A stretch of DNA of 63,117 nucleotides, counting the filler, from Stramenopiles sp. TOSAG23-6 (taxonomy: Eukaryota): the NCBI GenBank assembly GCA_900128565.1. It is 7 parts of 7 records of this genome, joined end to end, with 100 filler letters (N's around TTAATTAATTAA, not from the genome) between each part and the next. Parts side by side here need not be neighbours in the genome. Positions count along the whole stretch, not along the records: positions 45,236 to 54,138 come from LT636408.1; positions 54,239 to 63,117 come from LT636409.1; 5 more parts are not named here. One strand, given 5' to 3'. Made by a program: the position numbers and the translations under genes. The notes under the pieces were generated by a model. The model did no database searches. It was given only the letters and a program-made list of their open reading frames with translations, and was not told the origin of the DNA. Each line of letters opens with the position of its first letter. Position 1 is the stretch's first letter. Shown here piece by piece: positions 49,588-62,246 of the stretch.

Positions 49588-49911
49588 TTTGCATTTAGCT
49601 CAACACAAAAATGTGTTTCTTCTGAAGTTTTGATGATTCGTTTTTTTTGTTTTTTTTTTTTCTGATTGATTCACCGTTCGTTACCCGGTACGATAAGAGG
49701 AAGCGCGAATCATGATTTTCAGGAATTTATTTTATTACGTAGGCCAACATATTCAAAATTCGTTAGGTACGAAATTTGGTACAAAATATGATGTCGGAAT
49801 GTGACGCGTTCTGGGAACGATCGCCGACTCAAGGGATTCGGGGATACCCAACCCCCGAATGATTCAAGTTTTCGAAAGTTTTAAAGTTTTCCATGATTCA
49901 TAGAAAGGAAC

Positions 49912-51417
49912 ATGTCTGTATATAAAGAAATCAAAAATGGAGTGTTGCATAACAAAGAACGAATTGACGAAATAAGAAAAAGTAGTAAGTTCTGGTCACA
50001 AAAGCAAATAGAAGCTGCGTTAGTATACAACATACCTACTGAGACATCAACGCCACTTACACACAATTCGACTACCAGTAACCCCCAACAGTATAGAAAT
50101 GTCACTTTTAAGGATAATGTAAGGTCTAATAAACTATGGGACATTGCAGTATCATCTGTATTTCGTGATAGTCTGTCAAAGATACAGAGAAAAAGCGAAA
50201 AAAAGGATGAAGAACCTTGCACTCCTAGAACTAACAAACTCATTGTAGACCAAGTGTCAACGGTATCAAAAAAGATAGATGAACCACGATCAAAGCCAAA
50301 GGAATATTCCTCGAATATTAAGCAAGACATGGAACAAAAGTCCGCGCAATCATGTGGTCATTTAGTTGAAACGAAATCTTTACTCGAAAACGACGGGTTT
50401 CCTTTGCTAGACGAAGATGTAAACCCTACGGACAACAATGCCTTTCCTTTACTTGAAAATTCTTCATTCCCTTCAGTAGAAAATTGGTCACCGCATGCAA
50501 TACCTAAAACGAAAGGGGGAAGGCGGCTTTCCATGGAAAATGTTCTGAAAGATCTTTTTCCAAATAGAAATTTTGGAAACGAAGAGCGTAAAAGTAAAAC
50601 AAAATTATTAGCGTCACTGATAACAAAGTTGTCTCCGCGAGTAAGTAGGCAAAGTTCGACTAAAAATTCGTATAACTTGAGTGATGAATTCAATTCAAGG
50701 AGATCATCAAATATCCTACAACCTCGACTTTTAAGTGATGCTTTCAAAAAAAAACTTTCACTGCGTAGAAAATCTATTGTACTTGGGCAGTCACGATTAT
50801 TATCTACATCATTAGTAACACCTGCGACCCCTCTTGATACCAGCAAAACTGTTGGAGATGATGATAAGAGAGAAAAGACAATAGTATTGAAAACAATGAA
50901 CACGTTCAAATCTGTAACAAAACAAATTATAGAAAATCAAAAGAGGGAACGTAGATTTTCTCAGCCCTTAATTTCTAATGTTAGTGTGATCAAAGGTAGC
51001 TCTACTGTACTCAGACAACTAAATCCTCAAAATCTTCAAAATCCACAAAAATGTGTAGGTGATAATGGAAGTAATAGAAAAAGCAAAACCACAAATATCG
51101 TAGATTCTCTATCTTCAATTGTAATGGATGCTTCAACACATTCATTTTCATCAAGTGTATTGGATGAGTCACAACAAAGAAAAAAAGAAAACGGAAAAAA
51201 AGAAAACAGAAAAAAAAGTATATCACCTATGAGTCATAAAGATATGACCCCTAACCCTAATTTATCTTCTTCAAAGGCAGTAAGAACGCGAAAAAAATGT
51301 AGAAGAAAGACTCTCGTGATTGAAAGTCGGCCTCTATTGATAGACTTTGATCCTTCATTCTCGATGTACGATAATGAACGGGATCAAAGTTTTGAACAAA
51401 AAGTACATGTTAAATAA
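49912..51417 (+). CDS. Ser/Lys-rich low-complexity hypothetical protein
   Basis: 501-aa ORF with no recognisable domain. Confidence 0.55.
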   Translation: MSVYKEIKNGVLHNKERIDEIRKSSKFWSQKQIEAALVYNIPTETSTPLTHNSTTSNPQQYRNVTFKDNVRSNKLWDIAVSSVFRDSLSKIQRKSEKKDEEPCTPRTNKLIVDQVSTVSKKIDEPRSKPKEYSSNIKQDMEQKSAQSCGHLVETKSLLENDGFPLLDEDVNPTDNNAFPLLENSSFPSVENWSPHAIPKTKGGRRLSMENVLKDLFPNRNFGNEERKSKTKLLASLITKLSPRVSRQSSTKNSYNLSDEFNSRRSSNILQPRLLSDAFKKKLSLRRKSIVLGQSRLLSTSLVTPATPLDTSKTVGDDDKREKTIVLKTMNTFKSVTKQIIENQKRERRFSQPLISNVSVIKGSSTVLRQLNPQNLQNPQKCVGDNGSNRKSKTTNIVDSLSSIVMDASTHSFSSSVLDESQQRKKENGKKENRKKSISPMSHKDMTPNPNLSSSKAVRTRKKCRRKTLVIESRPLLIDFDPSFSMYDNERDQSFEQKVHVK

Positions 51418-51560
51418 TGGAATATAGAAGAAAATCTTTGAGTTGAATTTTTGAGGAAGACTGTGGTACCATGAGCAGCTTAGATGCAAAGAAATAAATA
51501 TCTGTTTTTTGGAGTATTATTATATTCTTTTATAATTTTATAATTTTTTATAATCGATAA

Positions 51561-52709
51561 TCACTTTTTTGAAAGATAACCTGAAACGCCTATTGCAAAA
51601 GCTTGAAAAAGAGAAACTGGATGCTTCACATATACATCAACCAAGCCATCATCTATTGTAGCACCAATGACAAGAACAGTTTCTCCTGTGTTTGAAACAA
51701 GACAAATATTCTTCTTATTCTTTTGAATCTGTGGATATGCTGAAACACTAGGATACATACCTGCAAAAACACACATTGCATTTGATTTTCCATTTATCCA
51801 ATGTGTTTTGTTCTGTAAGTACGCTGTATAAAGTCTATCTTTTTCAAATAAAGCATTTTTTTGTCTCCAATTCGCAGTTAATGTATTTACCTTTTGTGTT
51901 TCATCTATTTGTATTTCTGATGCATGTGGTAATAGAGCAACAAGTCGGTGTTGACCTGCAATTCGAGAAACGAAAGAATCTAAATTGTTCTGATTTGATC
52001 CATATACTAAACATCCCATTTCTCGACGCATTCCTTTCATTCCCAGTTGTTTTGCATCTCGTGGAGCTAAGCCCCAATCATAAATCATATGAGGTGCATT
52101 TGCTACTTTACACCGAACTTTACCTAAATAATCAACACTGTCTCTTCGACAGCGAGTTAAAGGATCACCAGCAATGATTACATTTATACCTCGGCTCATC
52201 TTATGTATTTTGGAAAAATATTTCAAAAAAATTATAAAAAATTTGTTAGGTACAAAATTTCGTACAAAAACAAAATTCGATTTTTTTGTTAAAAAAAAAA
52301 ATAAAACATACATTTCTTTTTGCAGACATTAAAAAAGTTTCAAATGCATAAGACTTTGTTTGTGCAAGTTGAAATGTAAAACGCTTACCATGATCAAAAA
52401 CTTTCAAAGTGCAGTGTATGTATTTTAGAAAAATATTTCAAAAAAAAAAAAAAATAATTGTTAGGTACAAAATGTCGTACGAAAAAAACAATCGATTTTT
52501 TTGTTTAAAAAAAAAATAAAACATACATTATACCATCCGATTTTAAGCGAGGTTGTGTTAAAAACGTTTTTCTTTGTGATGGTGACATTGTTTGTACTCT
52601 AGAAAAATATTTTGTCTTCAGTAAACCTGGATAACAACTTACAGAACCATCATACAAATCTTGTTCAGTTGGAAAATCATTTTTCTTTTTTGAATGTAAA
52701 ACTATCTTG

Positions 52710-52762
<53 letters not shown>

Positions 52763-53974
52763 TGTGTGAGAATTTATTTTGTTTTGAGTTTGTAAATCAT
52801 GCAAAATTTCACGTTGAATATCAATAGGAAGTGTTCCAAATACATCTGGATCAATTCCAGGAGGTGCTGCAGCACCACTCATTCTAGTGACTGTATTTTT
52901 TGTATTTTTTGTATTTTTTGTATTTTTTGTATCAACATTTTCGAGTCTATATTCAATTGCATATTTTTCTACCCCTAACCCTAATTTGTTATGAGATATT
53001 TTTTTTTTACTCGTATAGACACTTTCAGGAGAGGGAGGCGCTGATGGTTCAAAAGATGCAAAAATATCTTTATGTGAATATTCAAATGGTATTGCTGTTT
53101 CTATTGTTTTTTTTGTTGTTTGTAATTTTGTTGGGAGAGGTGGTAATATATTTGCTAAGTGTGATGCTGGAATGGTTGTTGTATGGTTAGGGTTAGTGTT
53201 AGGGTTTGTTTGCCTTGTACGTTGTTTGACGACATCCTTCTGAACATCTAATGGAAGTTGAAGAAATACATCGGAATCAATGAAACCCGATTCCGCACCA
53301 TGACTATCTAATTGTACAATTCCGTTACTGAAATGACCAAATTCATTTTGAGAAATATCAAGTTTATTTCGATTGGATTCATTTTGATTGGATTCTTTTT
53401 TGACTTTAGGTTTAGGGTTTTGCAACTGTAACTGTAAAACTTCCTCAATTACACAAGCCATCAGATTCTTACTAGTGATAGTATTCGATGCAATAGAAGA
53501 TGTAGCACTTACATTATGCATGGCTTCTTTCAATAAAGAAGTTTCAATATCTGGGAATATTAGTTGAATTTCATGAAACAAATTAGTTTTTGTTACATTA
53601 GTCGAAACAAAAGAATTGACAACTGATTTTGTCGAATATTGAGGTAAACCGATATTCGCTGTTTGAGTAGGTATAGGTGTGGTGGAGAGAATATTTTTTT
53701 GTGCTTTGATGGGAGAAAATGGCATATGTGCAGTAGTGTTCTCTACATGTACTGGTTGTTTTGATGGAATACTTTTAAATAAATTGTTTGTAGGAATACT
53801 ATTTTTAGGGTATTGGTGACTAGCAATGCGATCCATACGAGGCGGTATCACTGGTGTCTGTTGTATAGTAGGTGAGAACTCGTTTTTGTCTTTGCTTTCC
53901 AAAATATCTTCTGATTGTGATATTTCATTTGTATCAAGCCACCAATCATCATCACTACAATCACAACCACTCAT
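51561..53974 (-). CDS. Tubby-domain protein with CUE-like and two UBM-like ubiquitin-binding motifs, 3 exons
   Basis: Spliced FLMSAKRN|KMSRG..IAGDP...RDSVDYLGKVR and PVSLFQAFAIGVS match Tubby. FIDSDVFLQLPLDVQKDV and GIDPDVFGTLPIDIQREIL are UBM-like. Confidence 0.78.
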
Positions 53975-54238
53975 TTTTCTATACTATGTTTCATAGATTT
54001 TATAAGATTGGTTCTTCTTGTAGGTCGTACTAAGTTTTTTTTTCCATTTTTTCGGACTTTTTTTTTTCAAAACGCCCGATTTTTTTTTTTTTTCGAAACG
54101 CCCAACAGTTTGCAACTCACGTGAGACAGCGACGTTTTNNNNNNNNNNNNNNNNNNNNNNNNNNNNNNNNNNNNNNNNNNNNTTAATTAATTAANNNNNN
54201 NNNNNNNNNNNNNNNNNNNNNNNNNNNNNNNNNNNNNN

Positions 54239-57221
54239 CAGCTGCTTATCCAAATGGTACATTCGATATACGATATGAAGATGGTGACTTCGAGGCCGGT
54301 ATGCAATCACAATATATTCGTGAGCGCGAAGCGCCAAATGCAACTCAAACTGAACCACAACCACTACAAAATTCTCAGCCACAACCACAGCCACAACAAC
54401 AACAAAACGAAAAACAACCATCACAACAAAAATCTCAACCTACTCCTTTTAGTCAATTTCATGTTGGTCAGATAATAAAGGCAATGTATGGTAATGGTAA
54501 GGATGGAAACGAATGGTATCCAGGTGTTATTGAAGCTGCTTATCCAAATGGTACATTTGATGTACGATACGAAGATGGTGATTTTGAGGCTGGTATGCAA
54601 TCACAGTATATTTGTGAACGTGAAGATGAATCCACTAGCTATCAAGATGACACCTCAAATGATGCCGCTGTAATCGACAAAGCTTTGAAGCTGGTAGAAA
54701 ATGGAAATGTTGCAGAAATTGCCCGACTTGCAGAGGAAGCCGAAGTACAGAGGGCATTAGAATCTGCAAAGGCACTAGAGCAAGAAAGACTTGCTGAAAA
54801 AGCTAAACTTCAAAAAATGATAGACGATGAAAAGAGATTATTAGAAAAAGCAAAAACCGAAAGATTATTAGAAGAAAATAATGCATCGGAAGCTCAGGAA
54901 AACGCGGTTGTGGGAAAACAAATATTGGCAATGTATGGGAGTGGCAAGGATGGAAATGAGTGGTTTCCAGGTGTTATTGCAGCAGCTTATCCAGATGGAA
55001 CATTTGATATAAGATATGACGATGGTGACTTCGAGGCCCGAATGCAATCACAACACATTCGTGAGCGGGAAGTAACTCCCACAGTTCAACCCCAACCACA
55101 GCATCAGGCTCAACTACAAAAACAACCTCAACAACAACAACAATCACAACAACAAAAGTCCCAACCTCTTCCTTCTAGTCAGTTTACAATTGGTCAACAG
55201 ATCACGGCAATGTATGGAAGCGGTACAAATGGAAATGAATGGTATCCAGGTGTTATTACAGCTAATTATCCAAATGGTACATTTGATATAAGATATGATG
55301 ATGGCGATCAAGAGAGTAGAATGCAAGCACAATATATTCGTAAACGTGATGGCGAAGAAACTCTTCAATTTTCTACCGCCGCTATGGTTTCAAAAGCCGT
55401 AGTAAAGACCTCAGCGTCAATTGCCGATGCTAAGGCTAGACAATTATTGAAACTTCGTGCTGCTGAGGAAGAACAAGCAATGCTGGCTTTACAGCGCGCA
55501 AAAGCCGATGCTGAAGAACAAGCAAAGCGATCTAGAGAATTGATTGAAGCTATTGCTGCTCAGGAAGCGGTAGCATCCAAACGGCTCGCCGAAGCACAGG
55601 TGGAGGCGGCTAAAGCCCATGAGCAAGCTCAAGCCGAAGCAAAGGCGCGAGCAGAAGCAGAAGCAAAGGTAGCAGCAGAAGCTCGAAAAGAACAATTACG
55701 ATTAGAAGCCGAAGCAAGGGCTAGAGCAAAAGCAGAGCAGGCTAAGATCGAAGCTGCAGCAAAAGCCAAGGAAATTGCAAAGTTCAAAGCTGAGTTACGA
55801 AGACGCGAGTTAGAAAAGCAACGTAGAATGTTTGAGATTCAGCAAGCCAAGGCTGAAGCAGAGGCAAAAGCTCAAGAAATGAAGGCTGAACTTGAAGCAG
55901 TTGCCGCACAAGAAGCAAGAGCTGCAAAGGAACTGGCTGAGATGCAGAAAAAGGCAGCAGTGGAGCATGCTCGAGTTGCTGCTGAAGCTAAAGCGAAACT
56001 TGAAGCTGAAGTGAAAGCTGTTCAAGACGCTGTAGCCGCAAGAATAAAGGCGGAAGCCGAGGCCCGAGCTCGCGCCGAAGCAAAAGCAAAGGCTGATGCA
56101 GAAGCAGAGGTCAAGAGAGTACAGGCAGAAACACAGGCAAGGATCGAAGCTTTATATAAAGCCCAAGAAGAAGCAATGAAACAGGAAGAAGATCGCGCTA
56201 TGTCTGCATATAAAGAAACAAAATCTGCAATGGAAAAACAAGCAGCAGATGCAAGAGCTACTTTAGAAGCACTCAATAAGCAGGAAACACAATATGCTGA
56301 AGAGTTTGCAAAGTCACAGGCTGCAGCAAAACAAGCACACAAGAAGGCAGAATTAGAAGCAAAAGCACGAGCAGAAGCCGAAGCAAAAGCAGGAGATGTA
56401 TCCGGCAAAGCTGCAGAAGCAGCAAACGGCGCTTCCATTGTAGCGTTAAAGGTTGCATCTACTGCTGCAGAAATTGTTGAAGAGTTGGAGAAAAGAATGG
56501 ACGCTAAAGCAAGAGCTAATGCAGAAGCGGCTGAGGCTGCTGCAAAGGCAGAGGCAACAGCTGCAGAAAAGGTAATGGCAGACGCATTAGCTGCAGCTCA
56601 AAAAGCAAAGGCACTTCAGGAACATGCGGCTAAAATTCGTTTGCAAGCTTCGACTTTGGTTCAGGATGGCAGAAATAAAGTTTCTGAACATGAAAAAAAA
56701 TCATTATCTTTGAAAGTAGTTACATCAGCTCTAATGCCTTTACTGCCTCTATATTCAAAAGTTGTTGCTCGGTATAAATCAGGAGATTCATGTATGTTTT
56801 ATTTTTTTTCAAATTCGATTTTTTTTTCGTACGAAAGTTTGTACCCTAACGATTTTGTTTTGAAATATTTTTCCAAAATACATGGTACTCTGGACAAGTG
56901 ACAGCAACAAATAGCGATGGATCTTACGATATCTTGTATGATGATGGCGATGTAGAGAAAAATGTACCATCGTCTTTTGTCAAAAATCAAATTTTACCAC
57001 AGACATCACAAGTAAGAAATAATTCTACAAGTGGATTTGGTGATACCCCCAACCCTAGCCAAATTGGCCAAAAGATCATGGCAATGTATGGAAGTGGTAC
57101 AAATGGAAATGAATGGTATCCAGGCATCATTACAGCTGCTTATCCAGATGGTACATTTGATGTAAAATATGATGATGGTGATCAAGAAAGTAGAATGCAA
57201 GCACAGTATATAAGAATGTAA
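54239..57221 (+). CDS. Protein with multiple Tudor/Agenet-like repeats and long Ala/Glu coiled coil (5' partial)
   Basis: Six copies of (G)NEWYPGVIxAAYPxGTFDxRYDDGD-like units. GT...AT intron at 56792-56883 restores SGDS|WYSGQV. Confidence 0.75.
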
Positions 57222-57406
57222 TAAATTTAAAATTGGGACAATCCTGTAAAAATCATCATACATTTCGTGTTTTTTCCTCGTTGTTACCGGGTATCCATTT
57301 TTTCAGTTCATTTTTGAGTTCCTCTGACTCAGTTCAGAATTAGTAGTACACTTACAAAGTAATTGTATCCTATAGTAAGTATCAAGTACAATACATTGGA
57401 ATCAGC

Positions 57407-58003
57407 ATGTTGATCTTTATCAGAGCCCTCGCTGTTATATTGAAGATATTTAAAAACTCCGAAGATGATGAAATCATTGTAAAGGAGACTCCCGTCTTGG
57501 TTCCTGTTAAAATGGGTCGCAGAGACCCTTTGAAACGAACAAAAATAGTTAGCAAAATTCAGTGGGAACGCCTGATCTCTATGATTCTTGTAGTGATATC
57601 ATTATCGACTATTTTTTTCCATCCTCTTGGTGTAGTAGATTTATGTTGTTTATTAATAGGTTATATGTGTGCGAATTTTGCATTAGGAAAGAATGGCTAT
57701 GGGGTCCAGTTAATATGGACTGCGTTTNTCTTTCTGGTGATTGGTTGTTGCTGTCGTATTTTGTATGTTTTTCTAGCGTTCAAGACTCTTACCAAGAAGA
57801 TCCCCAAGGCATGTTCTGCGACGTGTTTTGAGATTGTGCTCATTGCTTGTCTTATATTTTCTCTAACATATCAAGCATTTACAATTCATATTTGTAAATT
57901 GGCAATTAAAGAACAAAAAATCATTAGACTTGAGAATGAAAACTGCCCTAAAAGTGTTTCAGGTTTACCAAAACCAAACTACCCAGTAATTGAAAGTCCT
58001 TAA
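57407..58003 (+). CDS. Small multi-pass (about 4 TM) membrane protein
   Basis: Four hydrophobic segments in a 198-aa ORF. Confidence 0.55.
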   Translation: MLIFIRALAVILKIFKNSEDDEIIVKETPVLVPVKMGRRDPLKRTKIVSKIQWERLISMILVVISLSTIFFHPLGVVDLCCLLIGYMCANFALGKNGYGVQLIWTAFXFLVIGCCCRILYVFLAFKTLTKKIPKACSATCFEIVLIACLIFSLTYQAFTIHICKLAIKEQKIIRLENENCPKSVSGLPKPNYPVIESP

Positions 58004-58304
58004 TATGATCGTATAATGTATTCTATAATCTCAGCCTATAGAGAAGTAAAAGTTACGTATGAACCCCTAACCCTAGTTATANATATCTATAATAATAAAT
58101 AATAATAAACGGATAATAAACAGTGGTCAACAAAGATGATTCTTCTTCAATAAATAATATGACATTTTATGTTAGCTTGTACAGTTAGTCTATACGTCTA
58201 GCTACGACTATGCTAAATTCCTCAGTCAAAATTACTTTTTACACACAACCCAACAAGAATGCTGTTGTATACAAATTCACGATAACATCTAGATTGCGTT
58301 GAGT

Positions 58305-60240
58305 ATGAGATTTGTTACGCCGTACATTCTCTCATTTTTGGTATTTGTTCAGTCAAAACATACAACTGTTTTCTCTTCTTGGTTTCATAAAGAGAATTGG
58401 ACAAGTCAAAAACGTTTGCAAAGTCTTGCTCAGAGAGGTTTACCCGTTTTGATATCTGGCGTCCCACCAGGTATGTGGTCGGTTCAACAATGGACACCTG
58501 AATGGCTTGCAGAACAATCCAACGTGCTACTACCAGTAAAGGTAAAGCGGAAAGGAAAGACAAATAGCTCCGAAAAGATTAGTAGTCGTTTCCCACCAGG
58601 TTGTTGTCTTCCTGAGAAAATGCTCTTATCTGAATTTATGGATCGCGCGGAAAGAAGCAGATACAACATATCTCATGCAAGTGGCCAAGACTATATCGAG
58701 GATTTATACTTCTCCGGCCCGGTTCATTCTATAGGGTTAAATAGTGACAAATCAAAAAATAGTGACAAATCAAAAAATAATATTGACTTTCGTACATCTC
58801 TAACGATTAAAGAAGTGAATGTTATTGAATCTCAATACTGTCAAGATCAAGGAATTCAATCGGATAGTAGTATGACCGTATGGTTAGCTACTGAAGGTGT
58901 TACAACTCCATGTCATATTGACGATATGCACAATTTTATTCTAGGGGTATCTGGAGAGAAGGCAGTCACAATATTCCCCCCTTCGGCGTGGCGATCTCTT
59001 CAACTATATCCAAAAGATAATTTATTACATCGAAATGTTCGTCGTAGTATAAATATAGTAAAAAACAAAAGTTTTTATAATAGTAGTGGTACATTTCCAC
59101 ACGGTGGTATGGGGTTAGGGTTAACCCTGTCGGATGAAAAATCTGTTACATTTAAGATTACTCCAAATGACATATTATACATACCCCCATTATGGTTCCA
59201 TCAAATTACATCTTTATCATCTGTTGCATTATCAACAAATGTGTGGTCACCATCTGGTGTGATGCATTTGTTACACAATTTGTGGTATGGCGATATTGCG
59301 ATAGATGTATCCAATTTATTACCCTCGGAAAGTTTTCCTCTCGTAGCGTTATACATTTCAGAAGTGACCTCTCAGATACTTCAAATATTTAGTACTACAA
59401 GTAGTATATGCACTACAAGAGAAATGCTAGGTACGAAATTTGGTACGGATAGTAATCAAATGTGTACAACTGGATTTAATCATGACCAAAGAAATGAGAA
59501 ATATCGAATATTTCATAAAGAAAAATACGAAATAAATGATTTTCTCAATGATTTTATCAAATTTCGACATACAGATAGTCGTGATATTCACTCTACTACA
59601 AGCACTACTATGATGGATTCGATAAATGATTCAACAAACATTCATTCAACAGAGGAGTATCGACTGCTAAATGCATGTACGTTTTCAATTTCAATTTCGA
59701 ATTTATTTTTTTTCGTACGAAATTTTGTACGTAACGATTTTTTTTACAAAAAAATATTTTTCACAAGACATACAGACATGAATAGAAAATGAATCCCCTT
59801 CATTCTTTGATGAATATATCTCTGAAAAAAAACAAAAGGATATCGATAACCCTGACCCTAATGACGAAAATATTCTTTTTAAGACTTGGTGTAATAGATT
59901 AAATGTACAAAAAAGTGAAAGATTTATCACTGGAAAAAAATCAATGCTTAGAGCTCTTCAAAATACAATGAAAAAAATAAGAAAAGACTTGAGACAAATA
60001 GGGAGTAAAAATTCTGGTTATAAAGTAAACAATATTCATTTACGAGGCGTATGTATGTTTTTTTTTTGATTTCGATTTGTTTTTTTTATAAAAATTTTGT
60101 ACCTAACGTTTTTTTTTCTAAAAATATTTTTACAAAATACATTTGAAATAGTTGTTGGAAATTACATTGAAGATGTAAGTACGCAATTTGTAGGACGATC
60201 GAGGATGAATTCATTTTTTCAAAATTGTATCTTTTTGTGA
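58305..60240 (+). CDS. JmjC/cupin-8 domain 2-oxoglutarate dioxygenase
   Basis: VWLATEGVTTPCHIDDMHNF..VSGEK..IFPP and ILYIPPLWFHQI. Two family introns; the first junction, at ~59677, could not be put in frame. Confidence 0.8.
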
Positions 60241-60479
60241 TTTGTCAATCTAATTCAAAATTGTATCTTTTTGTGATTTAGCGTTTTTGTTCATGTGCTA
60301 CATATTTACGTTTAATCGAGAAATATAGCCAAAGAAATTATATTTATAAACCATAAAATAGTGAAAATCACAATTTGCAATTTAATCAAGAAATATAGTT
60401 GAAGAAATTATATTTATAAACGATAAAATAGTAAAAATCACAATTTGCAAATTCTTCTGCATATTTATACATTGTGTTT

Positions 60480-61948
60480 TTACCAATTAGGTTCATTATT
60501 TTGTGTTGTATTTCCAGATGGTTCCGTTTGGACGTTTTCCTCTTGTACAAGTTCTTCATTTTCTGCTACCGCCGAGCCATTTGAGCCATTTGAGCCATTT
60601 ATATTAGCGTTTGAACGCTTTAATCTTCTTGGAATTCTTGCCCCAGAGGATTGGACAGACTCAAGAGTATTTGCGAGTCTTTCTTCGGCATCCATAGTCT
60701 CATAAGAATCATATTGAGGAAGTAAAGTCCTGAAATGTCTACTGGACATTAATCTTTGATTTAACTCGTCGTCAATGTCATGCAAACTTTCTTTAACAGG
60801 GTTACAACAACCCCATCGATCATTCATTTCACTCACAATATGTATTGTGAAAAAATATTTTTTTTCCTAAAAAAAAATCGTTAGAGAGTATGAAATTTCA
60901 TACAATTTTTTTTTTAAATTCAATTTTGAAAACGTACATATACAATAAAAGATATCAAAGCAATGAATCCACCAACTGCACTCAGTGCATCCATTCCAGA
61001 GAAAGTTGCTTTTTGACATTCTGCATGCTCAGCTAAATCCAAATATGAAAAGACAATACCTGTGGCCGTATTGTTTTTACTGTTACCCCCAGTTAGTTTC
61101 GTTAGAGTACTTTCATAGGCAACTTGATTACAATCGGAGTCTCCCATTACAACCCCAAATGTGTCAACAGGAATTGCAGGAGTCATTCTTCGTAGCTTTT
61201 CCATCGCCATATTCCAAAGGCCACCGTTTGCTTCAATGCTATATGCTGTGGGATGCATTAGTGAAAAAATTGACTTGTACTCTTCGTAGTTTTTTGGTGG
61301 CCTCACTAAAGAATCTTTCAGTGGATCCGAGAAAAATAAAACTTGCAGCGGAAGATGTTCACCATGTTGTGTTTCTGAACTTTCCGTTTCAATATTAACG
61401 TATATGCTATCAGCTGTTCCGGAGGCAGACCAAGCTAATTTTCCTGACTTTGGAATTTTCCCGAACATTCTGCGGTTGGCTTGTTCTGCTGGAAAATAGT
61501 ATGATTTCTCAGCCTTTGGATCACATGAAGTAGCATTTTTTTGGTCCATGCGCAATTCAGGGGTCGTAAATATTGCACAAGTAGTGTTTTCGTGATGGTT
61601 TTTTAGATTTGAAAAAAAATTAACTTGAGGGCAAAAGGCAAATCCCATTTGAGTTTTTTCATCAAGTGTATTCATAGCCACAGGCTCACGAACATGAACG
61701 GCTGAATAAGTAGAATTCACATGCTTTTGCAAAGCAGCAGGTATGTAAGTAGGGCAAATCATTATTGAAGGAAATTCAAGTGTACCAAGGATGTTTTCTG
61801 TTTCAGTTTTTACCAAAAAGGTTGAGGAGCTTGTCCTGTTGAATTCGAGAGTTACGTAAACAAAAATGATTAAAGATATGGTGGCCCAAAATCCTAAAAG
61901 ACATGGGGAAGACCATAGCCGATGTTGTGGGCGAGTTTGATAATACAT
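60480..61948 (-). CDS. Two-TM protein with large Cys-containing loop; ENaC/DEG-like candidate, 2 exons
   Basis: TM1 is followed by LEFPSIMICP. TM2 is preceded by MDALSAVGGFIAL. GT...AT intron at 60840-60937. Confidence 0.55.
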
Positions 61949-62246
61949 TTCTTTTGAACTTTATAAAGATTCTACCGATTAAGATCAATTTAAATAAAAT
62001 AGAATATATTATATCGGTCTCTTTTTTTTATCTGAATTGGAAGATCTTCCTTCGCGAGATCCGGAGATCTCAGATCTCAGATCTCATCTCGATCCACAGG
62101 AGCGAGTTTTCGTTCCTGCAAAATTTGCCTATGCCCCGCATTTTTTAAAACAAAAGCAATCAATATATATCTAATCACTACATTACCAACAGTAAAATGA
62201 ACAATAAACCCCAACACAAAAATAAGCACCAATATAAAATTTGAGA

